DNA of 64,000 nucleotides from contig JAOAJX010000003.1 in the NCBI GenBank assembly GCA_026413945.1, positions 64,001-128,000 on the forward strand, written 5' to 3'. Source of the DNA: Candidatus Iainarchaeum sp. GTDB lineage: Archaea > Iainarchaeota > Iainarchaeia > Iainarchaeales > DTGL01. Positions 30,246-40,237 of this stretch are shown here, one piece after another; positions within the stretch are counted from its first letter, which is position 1, and each line of letters starts with the position of its first letter. The notes under the pieces were generated by a model. It did not search any database. It saw only the letters and a list, made by a program, of their open reading frames with translations, and had not been told where the DNA came from. The position numbers and the translations under genes are program-made.

Positions 30246-31148
30246 ATGTTAGTTGGTCTTGAAAGATACGAAGCAATATTAGAAGGAAAGGCAGAGCCAA
30301 ATTATTTGTTAGCTAAAAAATCAAGGTTACTTTCTAAGAAAATAAAAGAAGCAGAATATTCATTGCAATCATGTGAACTTTGCGAGCGAAAATGCAGAGC
30401 AAACAGAGCCAAGGAAGAGCTTGGCTATTGTGGTTGTGATACAAAAGCAAAAATTTTTGGTGCATTTGCACATTATGGCGAAGAGCCAGAGCTCGTGCCT
30501 TCAGCTACTCTTTTCTTTTCAGGTTGCACGATGCATTGTGTTTACTGCCAAAATGCACCTGATAGTGTAACACCATCCATGGGTGAATTGTGGAATGAGC
30601 GCAAAATTGCAACTTGGATTGAATCAATGCACAATAGTGGCTGCAAGAATGTTAACTTTGTTGGTGGAGACCCTACTCCTTATGTGTATAATATTCTCAA
30701 AGCACTTTCTTATTGTAAAGCCAAAACGCCAGTAGTTTGGAACTCAAATGCTTACTATAGCAAAAAAACAGCAGATCTGCTTAAAGGCATTGTGGATGTT
30801 TATCTTCTCGATTTCAGATATTTTAATGATGAGTGTGCTTTAAAATATAGCAAAGCTCCAAATTATGTAGAAGCAGCCAAAAGAAATTTTTTGGACGCTT
30901 ACAATGATGCTGAAGTTTTAGTTAGACTGCTCGTTATGCCTTCGCATATCGAATGTTGTGCAAAACCAATACTAGACTGGCTTGCTAAGAATTTAAGCAA
31001 AGATGTTAGAATTAATATATTGAACCAATACTGGCCAGCATACAAAGCACACAATTACAATGAGATTAACAGGAGATTAGATCACAAAGAGATCTGTGAA
31101 GTTCTAAATTATGCTAAAAAAATTGGTCTTAAAAATCTCGCACCTTGA
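30246..31148 (+). CDS. Radical SAM protein, PflX-like
   Basis: C.LCER.C..NR....G.C, H.GEE, CTMHCVYC, GGDPTP. Confidence 0.88.
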   Translation: MLVGLERYEAILEGKAEPNYLLAKKSRLLSKKIKEAEYSLQSCELCERKCRANRAKEELGYCGCDTKAKIFGAFAHYGEEPELVPSATLFFSGCTMHCVYCQNAPDSVTPSMGELWNERKIATWIESMHNSGCKNVNFVGGDPTPYVYNILKALSYCKAKTPVVWNSNAYYSKKTADLLKGIVDVYLLDFRYFNDECALKYSKAPNYVEAAKRNFLDAYNDAEVLVRLLVMPSHIECCAKPILDWLAKNLSKDVRINILNQYWPAYKAHNYNEINRRLDHKEICEVLNYAKKIGLKNLAP

Positions 31149-31219
31149 TTTTAGCCAAGCATTTTCAAGTGCCAATTACAATAAAGTTTTAATTGGTTTG
31201 CGGCAGTATACTTTAAGCT

Positions 31220-32593
31220 ATGGATAAGTTTCACCTTATAAGCCCGCTTGATTTTCGCTACATGCGCAGTGATTTAGCGGATAAAGCAATTGCTTATCTT
31301 TCAGAAGAAGCAAAGATAAAGCATGAGATTGAGGTAGAAGTTGCTTACGTGAGAGCACTTTCTTATTTTGGCATTTGTAAGAAAGAGTTATACAAAGAAA
31401 TCCAAAAAGCAGGCAAAAAAATAACTGCCGAACTGATCTGTGATGAAGAATCAAAGACAGGCCACGAGACAAAGGCGCTTGTTAATGTTCTTTCAACAAA
31501 TGTCAGCAGCGAGGCAAAGAAGTTTATCCACCTTGGGCTCACAAGCTGTGATGTTTTAGATACTGCAAACGCATTGCGCTTCAAGCGCTATACTGAAAAA
31601 GTCCTTTTGCCAGAAGCAAAATCGCTTGAAAAATTGCTTATAAAACTTGCAATCCAAAATAAAAAAACGTTTCAAATTGGTAGAACTCATGGCCAGCATG
31701 CCGAACCAATTACTTTCGGTTTCTTTTTAGCACAATACGTTTCCAGGCTAGGGCAAAGGATTCTTGCCATTGAAAATGCCTCATCAAATCTGAAGGGAAA
31801 AATTTCTGGAGCAGTTGGTGCTTATAATGCATTATCTTTGTTTTGCAATGATCCATTAAAACTTGAGGCAAAAACGCTTTCATATTTAGGCCTTAAGCCA
31901 TCTGAAAGCTCCACACAAATATTGCCAAGGGAATACTTTGCAGATCTTGTGCACGCGTTATTGAGCACATTGGGTGTTATTGCAAACCTTGCTGATGATA
32001 TGCGACATCTTCAGAGGAGCGAAATAGGTGAGGTTGCAGAACATTTTGGTAGCACACAGGTAGGTAGCTCAGCGATGCCTCACAAAAGGAACCCAATAAC
32101 CTTCGAAAACATAAAAAGCATATGGAAGGCTTTCTCGCCGAGAATTCTCACAGTTTATATGGATCAGATAAGTGAGCATCAGAGAGACCTTACAAACTCA
32201 GCAAGCGAACGCTTCCTGCCGGAGATGCTGTTTGCCTGCACCTATGCCATAAGGCAGATGAGAAAAGCTCTTGAAAAGCTTTATGTCGATGAAAAAGCAA
32301 TGCTCAATAACTTAAGCAAAAGCAGCCAGAAAACAATTTCTGAGGCGCTTTATGTTCTCTTAGCGCTTCAAGGCTTAGAAAATGCGCATGAACATGTAAG
32401 GCGCATAGCTTTTAACTTACAAAAAGGCTCTTTAATTGATGCTGCTTTGAAAGACAAAGAGCTCTTGCCTTACATTAAAAAAATTCCGCAAGCAAAATTA
32501 AAATATCTTCAGAATCCAAAGAATTATTTGGGTTTAGCTGAAAAGAAAACAGAAAGAATTTGCAAAAACTGGGAAAAAATATTGGGGTTTTAA
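31220..32593 (+). CDS. purB: Adenylosuccinate lyase
   Basis: H.GLTS.D, GRTHGQHAEP, GSSAMPHKRNP, HQRDLTNSA.ER. Confidence 0.96.
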   Translation: MDKFHLISPLDFRYMRSDLADKAIAYLSEEAKIKHEIEVEVAYVRALSYFGICKKELYKEIQKAGKKITAELICDEESKTGHETKALVNVLSTNVSSEAKKFIHLGLTSCDVLDTANALRFKRYTEKVLLPEAKSLEKLLIKLAIQNKKTFQIGRTHGQHAEPITFGFFLAQYVSRLGQRILAIENASSNLKGKISGAVGAYNALSLFCNDPLKLEAKTLSYLGLKPSESSTQILPREYFADLVHALLSTLGVIANLADDMRHLQRSEIGEVAEHFGSTQVGSSAMPHKRNPITFENIKSIWKAFSPRILTVYMDQISEHQRDLTNSASERFLPEMLFACTYAIRQMRKALEKLYVDEKAMLNNLSKSSQKTISEALYVLLALQGLENAHEHVRRIAFNLQKGSLIDAALKDKELLPYIKKIPQAKLKYLQNPKNYLGLAEKKTERICKNWEKILGF

Positions 32594-32594
32594 T

Positions 32595-34013
32595 ATGCTG
32601 CGCGTTTACAATACACTCGCAAGGAAAAAAGTTATTTTTAAGCCAAAAGAAAAAGGCCTTGTCAGAATGTATGTTTGTGGCCCAACTGTTTATGGTCCCG
32701 CGCATATAGGCCACGCAAGAACTTATGTTGCATTTGATATAATAAGACGCTATTTTGAATGGAAAGGCTTTGAAGTTAAGCTTGTAGTGAACATCACAGA
32801 TGTTCACGATGATATGATAAGGGTTGCGAATGAGCAAGGAAAGACAATATTTGAGCTATCTAAACAGTACACTGAGCTTTTCTTTAAAGACATGAAGGCA
32901 CTTAAAGTTAAAGAGGCAAGCGTGTACCCCAAGGTCAGTCGGGAAATTCCAGATATAATTGAGACAATAAAACTTCTGGAAAAAAAGGGCTATGCATACG
33001 CAACAGAAGATGGGCTTTATTTTGATATTAGCAGATTTAAAGGATATGGAAAGCTCTCTGGCATAAAGCCAAAGCAGTCAATAACAGGCACAAGAGTTGA
33101 AACGGACAAATATGATAAGCGCCAAGCCCATGATTTTGCTCTTTGGAAAAAGGTAAAGCCAAATGAACCTTTTTGGGATAGTCCTTGGGGTCCGGGCAGA
33201 CCCGGCTGGCACATAGAGTGCACAACAATGAGCTCAAAGTATCTCGGCTTACCTTTAGATATACATTGCGGTGCAGTAGACTTAGTATTTCCACACCATG
33301 AAAATGAGATTGCTCAAAGTGAGGCAGCTTACGGCACAAAACCTTTTGTTAAATACTGGCTTCACACAGGTTTCCTTACAATAAATGCCCAAAAGATGAG
33401 CAAAAGCTTGGGTAATTACATCACAGTGCCGGAGCTGCTGTCACGGATAGATCCAAATGTATTTAGGTTTTTTATTGCTGTGCGTCATTACAGAAGCAGG
33501 GTTGATTATTCAGATTTTGCTATTGAACAAGCAAAGAATGCACTGCAAAGGCTAAATGACTTTATACAAAGGTTATATGCGGTTGAACATAATAATTTCT
33601 CTAATGAAGCCACCAATGCTTTGAAGTTGGCAAAAAAAGAATTCGAAAAAGCGATGGATGATGATTTTAATACGCCTCTTGCTTGGAAGGTAATATTCAC
33701 ACTTGAGAATAAGATCAACATAATGCTTGGAAAAGGCATTTTAGCAAAGAATAATGCCAAAGAGATAATCGCTTTTTTTAAGGATATTAATTCGATTTTT
33801 GAAGTTTTCGAGACCGACAAAAAAACTGAAGATATTCCTCAAGAATGCCTCGAAATGATAATGCAAAGGGAAAAACTTAGAAAGGAGAAAAGGTTCGAGG
33901 AGGCAGACGATCTTAGAGCAAAATTAGCAGCTAAAGGAATTGCTGTTTTCGACACTCCACAAGGCCCCCAATGGAAAAAAATAACTACCAATAGTAAAGA
34001 TTCAAAGGTGTAG
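32595..34013 (+). CDS. cysS: Cysteine--tRNA ligase
   Basis: YVCGPTVY, HIGH, GRPGWHIEC, FPHHENE, KMSKSLGN. Confidence 0.98.
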   Translation: MLRVYNTLARKKVIFKPKEKGLVRMYVCGPTVYGPAHIGHARTYVAFDIIRRYFEWKGFEVKLVVNITDVHDDMIRVANEQGKTIFELSKQYTELFFKDMKALKVKEASVYPKVSREIPDIIETIKLLEKKGYAYATEDGLYFDISRFKGYGKLSGIKPKQSITGTRVETDKYDKRQAHDFALWKKVKPNEPFWDSPWGPGRPGWHIECTTMSSKYLGLPLDIHCGAVDLVFPHHENEIAQSEAAYGTKPFVKYWLHTGFLTINAQKMSKSLGNYITVPELLSRIDPNVFRFFIAVRHYRSRVDYSDFAIEQAKNALQRLNDFIQRLYAVEHNNFSNEATNALKLAKKEFEKAMDDDFNTPLAWKVIFTLENKINIMLGKGILAKNNAKEIIAFFKDINSIFEVFETDKKTEDIPQECLEMIMQREKLRKEKRFEEADDLRAKLAAKGIAVFDTPQGPQWKKITTNSKDSKV

Positions 34014-34670
34014 CACAAAAGCAACTATGATAGGCACTATTAAGAGCCCACTCAAGAGATAAATAAGCAAAGATTTTGGATATGTTGCCTTAGTAAGCTG
34101 CTTTATTGTAAGAAATGGATATACAAATAGCATATACACCAAAATGACAATCAGAAGCAGCGACGCTAAAAAGGCCTTATTGGAAAAATCAGATAGATCG
34201 CTTTCAGTTATGCCATGCTTTTGCAAAATTGCTCCAGCATTTTCATCAAAAATATTGTAAGCGTATGGCAGACTAGCTGATTGTTTTTTTACTTCTGTAA
34301 TCATTGCAAAGATTTTTGGCGAAGAATATAGCACTACAAAAGAGATACACATTATGATAGCAAGGAAAAGCCAAACAAATGATATTGCTGAAAGTATGCC
34401 ATAAAATTTACCTTTTACATCTTTGCTGTTCACCATAAATGCAAAGAAGTAAATTACAGCTGAGATTATGATCCAAGCAAAGTAGCTTGCTGCACCGTGT
34501 TTTATTGTGTCTAACAGGTCAAAGCCAAAGCCAGCAAAAAGGCCAAACATAGTGTAAAGAATGGTTGGGGATAAAATAATCAAAAAGGATATCTTGAAGT
34601 CAGGTTTCGATATCGTTTTTTCGATGGTTTTTTTTGGTTTTATAAAAATATTTATTGGGTTAATTTCCAT
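34002..34670 (-). CDS. YIP1-like membrane protein
   Basis: N-terminal IFIKPKKT motif and about five TM helices. Confidence 0.6.
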   Translation of the reverse strand: MEINPINIFIKPKKTIEKTISKPDFKISFLIILSPTILYTMFGLFAGFGFDLLDTIKHGAASYFAWIIISAVIYFFAFMVNSKDVKGKFYGILSAISFVWLFLAIIMCISFVVLYSSPKIFAMITEVKKQSASLPYAYNIFDENAGAILQKHGITESDLSDFSNKAFLASLLLIVILVYMLFVYPFLTIKQLTKATYPKSLLIYLLSGLLIVPIIVAFVLHL

Positions 34671-34730
34671 ATGAACCAAATAAAATTATACTTAACACTT
34701 ATTTAAACTTATCCTTGCGAAACTTACTTA

Positions 34731-35195
34731 ATGGAGCATAAAAAATTGGTGATGGCTTTCGGGACATTTGATTTTTTTCATTATGGGCATCTATACTATT
34801 TGGAAAGGGCAAAGAAGCTAGGCGGTAAGCTGATAGTGGTTGTTTCAAGGGATGAAAACGCTTTTTTATCAAAAGGAAAAAGTACTTTGCACAATGAGAA
34901 AGAGCGCCTTAAAGTTATAAAAGCGCTAAGCTTAGTTGATGATGCGGTTTTAGGGCTAAAAGGCAACACTTTTGGAATTCTGCTGAAATATAAGCCTGAT
35001 ATAATTGCACTTGGCTATGACCAAAGAGTTGACATTAAAGCATTAAAGGCCTTCATTTCAAAAAAAGGCCTCAAAACGAGAATAAAAAGAATTCCTGCCT
35101 ACAAGCCCCATATTCTTAAAAGCTCTAATTTCAAGGCTCTGAAAAAAGAGCTGCAGGAAAATAAACCTTTAGAGTTGGGCAGGGACATACTCTAA
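34731..35195 (+). CDS. ribL: Archaeal FAD synthase (cytidylyltransferase family)
   Basis: GTFD..H.GH, VV.RD, ER, PDIIALGYDQ. Confidence 0.85.
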   Translation: MEHKKLVMAFGTFDFFHYGHLYYLERAKKLGGKLIVVVSRDENAFLSKGKSTLHNEKERLKVIKALSLVDDAVLGLKGNTFGILLKYKPDIIALGYDQRVDIKALKAFISKKGLKTRIKRIPAYKPHILKSSNFKALKKELQENKPLELGRDIL

Positions 35196-35272
35196 TTTTT
35201 TACATCAATTGCCAACAACGAAAACTTTAAATAGTAAAAAAACCTAATTTTTAAGCTCTAATGGTGATGTTT

Positions 35273-37545
35273 ATGCGAAAAGATTTAAGGAAATTTTATT
35301 CAAACAGGCTTTTTATTTTTTTTATCGCTGTTCTAATCCCTACTTTGGCTTCAGCTTATTGTACCGGAACTCCAAGGCCTTGTTCATATTGGTCGAATAG
35401 TTTTAACTGCAGGGATGCTGGCTGCACATGGGATTATGATTATTGCACAGGCACGCCAAACAGCTGCTCAACTTATTACAATGAATGGGGTTGCAGAACA
35501 GCCGGTTGCACCTGGTATGGCGCAACTCAGACACCAAAGCCGAGTGGTTGCTATTCTTGGTCGTATCAATGTGAGTCAGCAAACTCTAGCAAATGTTCTT
35601 GCTATGATGCTGTTGAGTGCCAATATATTGGGATTACGACTGCTATACTTTCTGGTATTGCGACAATACAAAGTGCAACAAGCCAACAGGCTGTTATGAA
35701 AACTCTGGAAGCTGCTACACACAAAATGCATCAAAATGCTCCTGCAAGGAAGCAGTAAAGTGCAAATACAACAGCACTTATAATTGTTATTCGTTTGATT
35801 ATTGTGATACCTCAAGATGCCCACCAACCGGATGTGTCGGCGCACACACTAATTGCATAGCACTTAACGAGAGACGTTGTGATTGCAGAGAGGCTGTAAA
35901 TTGCCTTTACAATACTCTACACGATTGCTATACTTTTAAAGATTGCAACAATAGTGTTTGTAAAGAGCTCGATTGTTCTTTTATTTATATATTAAGCCCA
36001 CGCAACGCCTCTGTAAAGTGGAATGAAACTTTATCTGCGCTAGTCATTCTAAGTTGCAATAAGGCTGTAAGTTCTATCACAGTTAATGCGGGTACCAAAA
36101 GCAATACATGTTATAATCCCTCTGGAAGCACGTGTAAAATCGAATATACTGAAACCATTCCACAAAGTAAGAGCATAGGTAAATATTATATTGACATATC
36201 AGGAACAGTTGTAAAAGGAAATGAGTCAAAAAACTATACAGGTCGCATTGAATATAATGTAATAGAACCACATGATTGCAAACTTAGCTATTATTTAAAT
36301 TCTAGTTCCCTAAAACCAGGCGATTATATATCAGGTAATGCTACCTTGACATGCTATAATAAAGTGGATTTAATAGTTATAACTTTTGGCTCATCTAGAA
36401 ATAGTTGTAACGCATCTACATGCAGCATAGATCATCGTGAAAAGATTCCAATAGATAGAGAACCAGGAAATTATACGGTTGCAGTATATGCAACAGCCAC
36501 AGTGGCAGGAATCCCCAAAACATATCATGAAACTATTACTTATTCAGTCAAAGATGCATCATTATGTAGAATCCATTTCAACCCACTTAGCGCTTCAGTG
36601 AAACCAGGAGACATCTTAAAAGTTGATGCTGACGTATCATGTAGTACCGGAATGGATTCTATAAGTGTTAGTCTTGGTACCTCAAAAAGGCAATGTCAAA
36701 ACTTATCTTCATGTAGCGCCACTTACCAACAAAAAATACCTGATAGCATGAGGCCTGGCAAATATGAAATATTAGCAGAAGCAGCTGTTACGAAAGAAGG
36801 CGCATCGAAAAAATACAATGCATCTTTTTCCTATACAGTTGAAGAGCCGCCAAAGCCTTGCAGTATAAGCTTTAACCCATCAACCGCGTCCGTATACAAA
36901 GGTAGCTCATTTAAGGTGACAGCAACCATTGGCTGTGGCGATATTATGGATTCCATTGATATTCAGTTTGGCTCAGCTTCTAACAGGTGTCAGAAATCAG
37001 CTAGCTGTAGTGTCACTTTTGAAATACCCCAATCTTCGACTGCAGGTGTAATATTTGTACATGCATCTGCAAAAGCAACAAAAGGTGGCGTATTAAATAC
37101 TTATAGCAATATTTTCAAATATACTGCTACAGACGAACCTTATTGCTTCATAACATTTAGCCCCTCAACAGCAACAGTTGTTGCTGGAGATATTTTGTAT
37201 GTCAGCGCTATCCTTGAATGTGATACTACTATAGAACGTCTTAGCATTGTTTTTAGTACAGCATCTAACTATTGCAGCAATTCAAAAGGTTGTATGGTAA
37301 GCATAACCATACCAACACGAGGCATAGCACCAGGTGATTATACAATCAATGCGTCAGGAAGTATTGCCTTTAGCGGAAAATCAAAAACATATAGTAGTGC
37401 CTTTAAATATAAAATAACAAAACCAACGACTTCAGCAGGTTCAACAGCGACATCATCAACTTCTGCACAGTCAACTTCAACCACCTTTGAACAATTCATA
37501 GCAGTTATTAGGGAAACAATACGTTTTATTTTCCCATTCGGCTAA
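35273..37545 (+). pseudogene. Cys-rich multi-repeat secreted protein, frameshifted near 35627 (track ORFs 35261-35758 and 35617-37545)
   Basis: Signal peptide and first repeats lie in one frame and the rest in another; adding one A restores the repeat consensus C.YN....C. Confidence 0.8.
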
Positions 37546-37554
37546 ACCGTGTCC

Positions 37555-38010
37555 TTAAAATTCTTTCTTCAGAAGCACAAGATTTTTGTATTTAGATCCT
37601 TCTTTTGTGCCTTTCTCAAGTAAGCCATATTGCACAAAACCAAGCTTCTCGAAAACCTTTAAGGATACTGCGTTATCATCATTGACTTGGGCTGTTACTA
37701 TTTCGGTTCCTTTTCTAATGTTTTTAAGCGCATGCTTTAAAATATGCTGAGCTATTCCTTTGCCTCTATGCTTTTTCGCAACTATAAGAGAATGCAAGCT
37801 TGCAATGTGCTTATGGGGTCCAATGCCATACTTGACAAGCAGATGTGCAATAACTTTGTCGCCCAATTTTGCCACATACCTTTTTTCATTTTTTGAAAGA
37901 AAGCTGTTTATAACACGCTTTCTGGAGAGTTCAAGACCCCAATGCGGATAAAGCTTTGCTATTCCTGTAGAGTCCTCAATTCTTGCTTCGCTTATCTTTA
38001 TTTCCGGCAC
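37555..38010 (-). CDS. GNAT acetyltransferase
   Basis: V.KKHRGKGIA acetyl-CoA motif; N..S...FEKLGF. Confidence 0.9.
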   Translation of the reverse strand: MPEIKISEARIEDSTGIAKLYPHWGLELSRKRVINSFLSKNEKRYVAKLGDKVIAHLLVKYGIGPHKHIASLHSLIVAKKHRGKGIAQHILKHALKNIRKGTEIVTAQVNDDNAVSLKVFEKLGFVQYGLLEKGTKEGSKYKNLVLLKKEF

Positions 38011-38422
38011 CTTCTTTCAGCCCTTCAATATTTTTTCTCCGCTTTTCCCCCATATGAATTATGAACTCACTGCCAAGGAAATCTCTTCCGACCAATACTG
38101 GAAGCTTCATCCCAAAACGATCAGCTATAGTGAAAAGCGTCTTTTTTCTTTTTCCGCACATTTCAAGGATTCCTTCAGCAACAGGCCTCCTAACATAGCC
38201 TCTTGGTTCAGTCTTGCTCTTTATCCTCAACACCCTTACAATAGGGCCCAAACCAGCTTTTGCAGCAATTTTAAGATCAACGCTCGATCTTTCAGCACCA
38301 GTATCAAGCAAGGCAAGCGTTTCAACCGCCTTTTTTTTGCCTATTATCTTAACATGCTGAACAAGCCCCACAATCTTTTTCTTCTTCTTTTTGTTGCAAG
38401 AAATCCCCCTTTTTTCAGCCAT
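37976..38422 (-). CDS. RimB-like retropepsin aspartic protease (RimK-associated family)
   Basis: ALLDTGAERSSVD, RRPV, F..ADR..M...VL.GR.FL. Confidence 0.85.
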   Translation of the reverse strand: MAEKRGISCNKKKKKKIVGLVQHVKIIGKKKAVETLALLDTGAERSSVDLKIAAKAGLGPIVRVLRIKSKTEPRGYVRRPVAEGILEMCGKRKKTLFTIADRFGMKLPVLVGRDFLGSEFIIHMGEKRRKNIEGLKEGAGNKDKRSKN

Positions 38423-38510
38423 AACGAGAATAAGTAAAAATCAAAAACTTTTTAAACAAATGAGGAGAATACATATTCACATACGTTTGCCTTTTTGGCA
38501 TGTGTCTTTT

Positions 38511-39347
38511 ATGAAAAAGCTGATAATGGCTGTTGAAGGTGAACGCAAAAGGTTTGCATTGCTTAGAAACGCATTTGAGCAAAAAGGCTTCTCAGTTAAG
38601 TTACTACCGGTAAGGCGCCTTACACTTTTTGCTGATAGGAATGGCTCCAAAGCAAAGATTTTTGGCAATGGTAAGTTCGATGGGGCAGTTTACCTTGAAA
38701 CACCATTCATGCTCACTCAGTTTGTCGAGCCGCTTCTTGATTACATTGAAACAAAAGGTTTCTATTGCCAAGTGCATAAAGGAGCCTATTATGTTGGAAG
38801 CAATGAGCTGCTTCAAATAAGCTTGCTTAGTAGCTATGGTATAAAAATTCCTTATACAAGGATTTTTGGAAATATTGAGCAAATACGAAAAGCCAAGGAG
38901 AAGTTTAGCTACCCTGTCGTTGTTAAGGTTTACAAGAATGGTGAAAAGATACAAAGCATGATTGCTAAAAACTCTGATGCCTTAGCTTCGCTAACCGAGA
39001 GGATTGAAGGTGACACAGCAGTTGTGAGTGAATTTATAGAAGGTGATATTGAGCATTGTGCCGTTATTGGAGAAGAAGTTTTTGCCCTTAGAAGCACTAC
39101 ATCAGATCCGACAAAAGTACGACTTATGAAAAATGCAGTTAATGTAAAGCTCTCAAAAACTGAAGAAGAAACAGCCATACAAGCTGCCAGCATTTGCGGC
39201 TGTGACATAGCAACGGTAAAAATGTGCCGTGGCTTTGTTACAAGAGTGAAGCCACATGTAAATATGATTCTTTTTACTAAGAAAACAGGGCGTAACCTTT
39301 TTGAAAAAGTGGCAGAGTTGTTTTACAAGAAAAGTGGTGGTGGCTGA
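38511..39347 (+). CDS. RimK-like ATP-grasp paralog with a degenerate active site
   Basis: IP.T, YPVVVK, V.EFIEG and G.DIA.V align with RimK, but the G-rich loop, W..N and D/E.N residues are absent. Confidence 0.75.
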   Translation: MKKLIMAVEGERKRFALLRNAFEQKGFSVKLLPVRRLTLFADRNGSKAKIFGNGKFDGAVYLETPFMLTQFVEPLLDYIETKGFYCQVHKGAYYVGSNELLQISLLSSYGIKIPYTRIFGNIEQIRKAKEKFSYPVVVKVYKNGEKIQSMIAKNSDALASLTERIEGDTAVVSEFIEGDIEHCAVIGEEVFALRSTTSDPTKVRLMKNAVNVKLSKTEEETAIQAASICGCDIATVKMCRGFVTRVKPHVNMILFTKKTGRNLFEKVAELFYKKSGGG

Positions 39348-40231
39348 TGCCAAGCATTGTAATAATTGCTGCAAAGAACTACAATAAGGGAAATAATAAG
39401 CTACTTCTCGAAGAGGCAAAGAAGGCATTTGATAAGGTGCTGTTTGTGCCTATAAATAAATTAACCATCGTGCACAAAAACGGCACCTCAAAATTGTTAT
39501 ACAAGGGGATAAACCTTCTGGATTTTGATGCATGTTATCCGAGGTTTGGATCAACCGATTACTTTATGGGGGAAGCAGTACTAAAGGTGATAGAAAGCTC
39601 TAAAATATACTCTCCGGTTTCACTGAAAGGCTATCAAATATCTAACCATAAATTCTATACAATTCAAGAGATTGCAGAAAGCGGCCTTCCATGTGTGCTT
39701 ACCTCATTGAGTGCTTCGCCGCAAAGCATGGAAAGCATTGTAGAAGAAATGACATTTCCTCTGGTTTTGAAATTAATAAGTGGCTTCGGTGGACGGGGCG
39801 TTATGCTTATCTCAAACAAAAACGAGCTTCAATCTATATTAGATACTGTGCACTTATTCGAAGAATATATAACAGCCCAAAGATTTCTGCCTACCGGCAG
39901 CACAGACATCAGATGTTATGTTTTCGGGGATGATGTCTTGAGCGTTAGACGCACAGGTGCTCCAAATGACTGGCGTGCTAACATTTCGCGCGGTGGCAAA
40001 GCAGAGATAATAGATGGTAATCCAAAAATGGAGGAGTGTGCCATTAAAGTTGCTAAACTCCTTGGCTTTGACATATGTGCAGTTGATTTCATTGAAACAG
40101 ATCTTACCAAAGAGGGTTTTGCTGTGATAGAAGTCAACTTTCAGCCAGGGCCCTTCAGAAAGTTTTTAGGCAACGTAGTGCCAAAGAAGATGATGGAATT
40201 CATAAGGGCAAAGATAGAAAAAAAGAAATAA
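39347..40231 (+). CDS. RimK family alpha-L-glutamate ligase (ATP-grasp)
   Basis: FPLVLK..G.GGRGV, DIRC.V.G, WRANISRGG, G.DI.AVD, IEVN..PG. Confidence 0.92.
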   Translation: MPSIVIIAAKNYNKGNNKLLLEEAKKAFDKVLFVPINKLTIVHKNGTSKLLYKGINLLDFDACYPRFGSTDYFMGEAVLKVIESSKIYSPVSLKGYQISNHKFYTIQEIAESGLPCVLTSLSASPQSMESIVEEMTFPLVLKLISGFGGRGVMLISNKNELQSILDTVHLFEEYITAQRFLPTGSTDIRCYVFGDDVLSVRRTGAPNDWRANISRGGKAEIIDGNPKMEECAIKVAKLLGFDICAVDFIETDLTKEGFAVIEVNFQPGPFRKFLGNVVPKKMMEFIRAKIEKKK

Positions 40232-40237
40232 AACATT

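Noticed and set aside
35350-35520. Diversity-generating retroelement template/variable repeat pair in the Cys-rich gene
   Set aside because: The two repeats are in-frame protein repeats differing at all base types, and there is no reverse transcriptase in the window.
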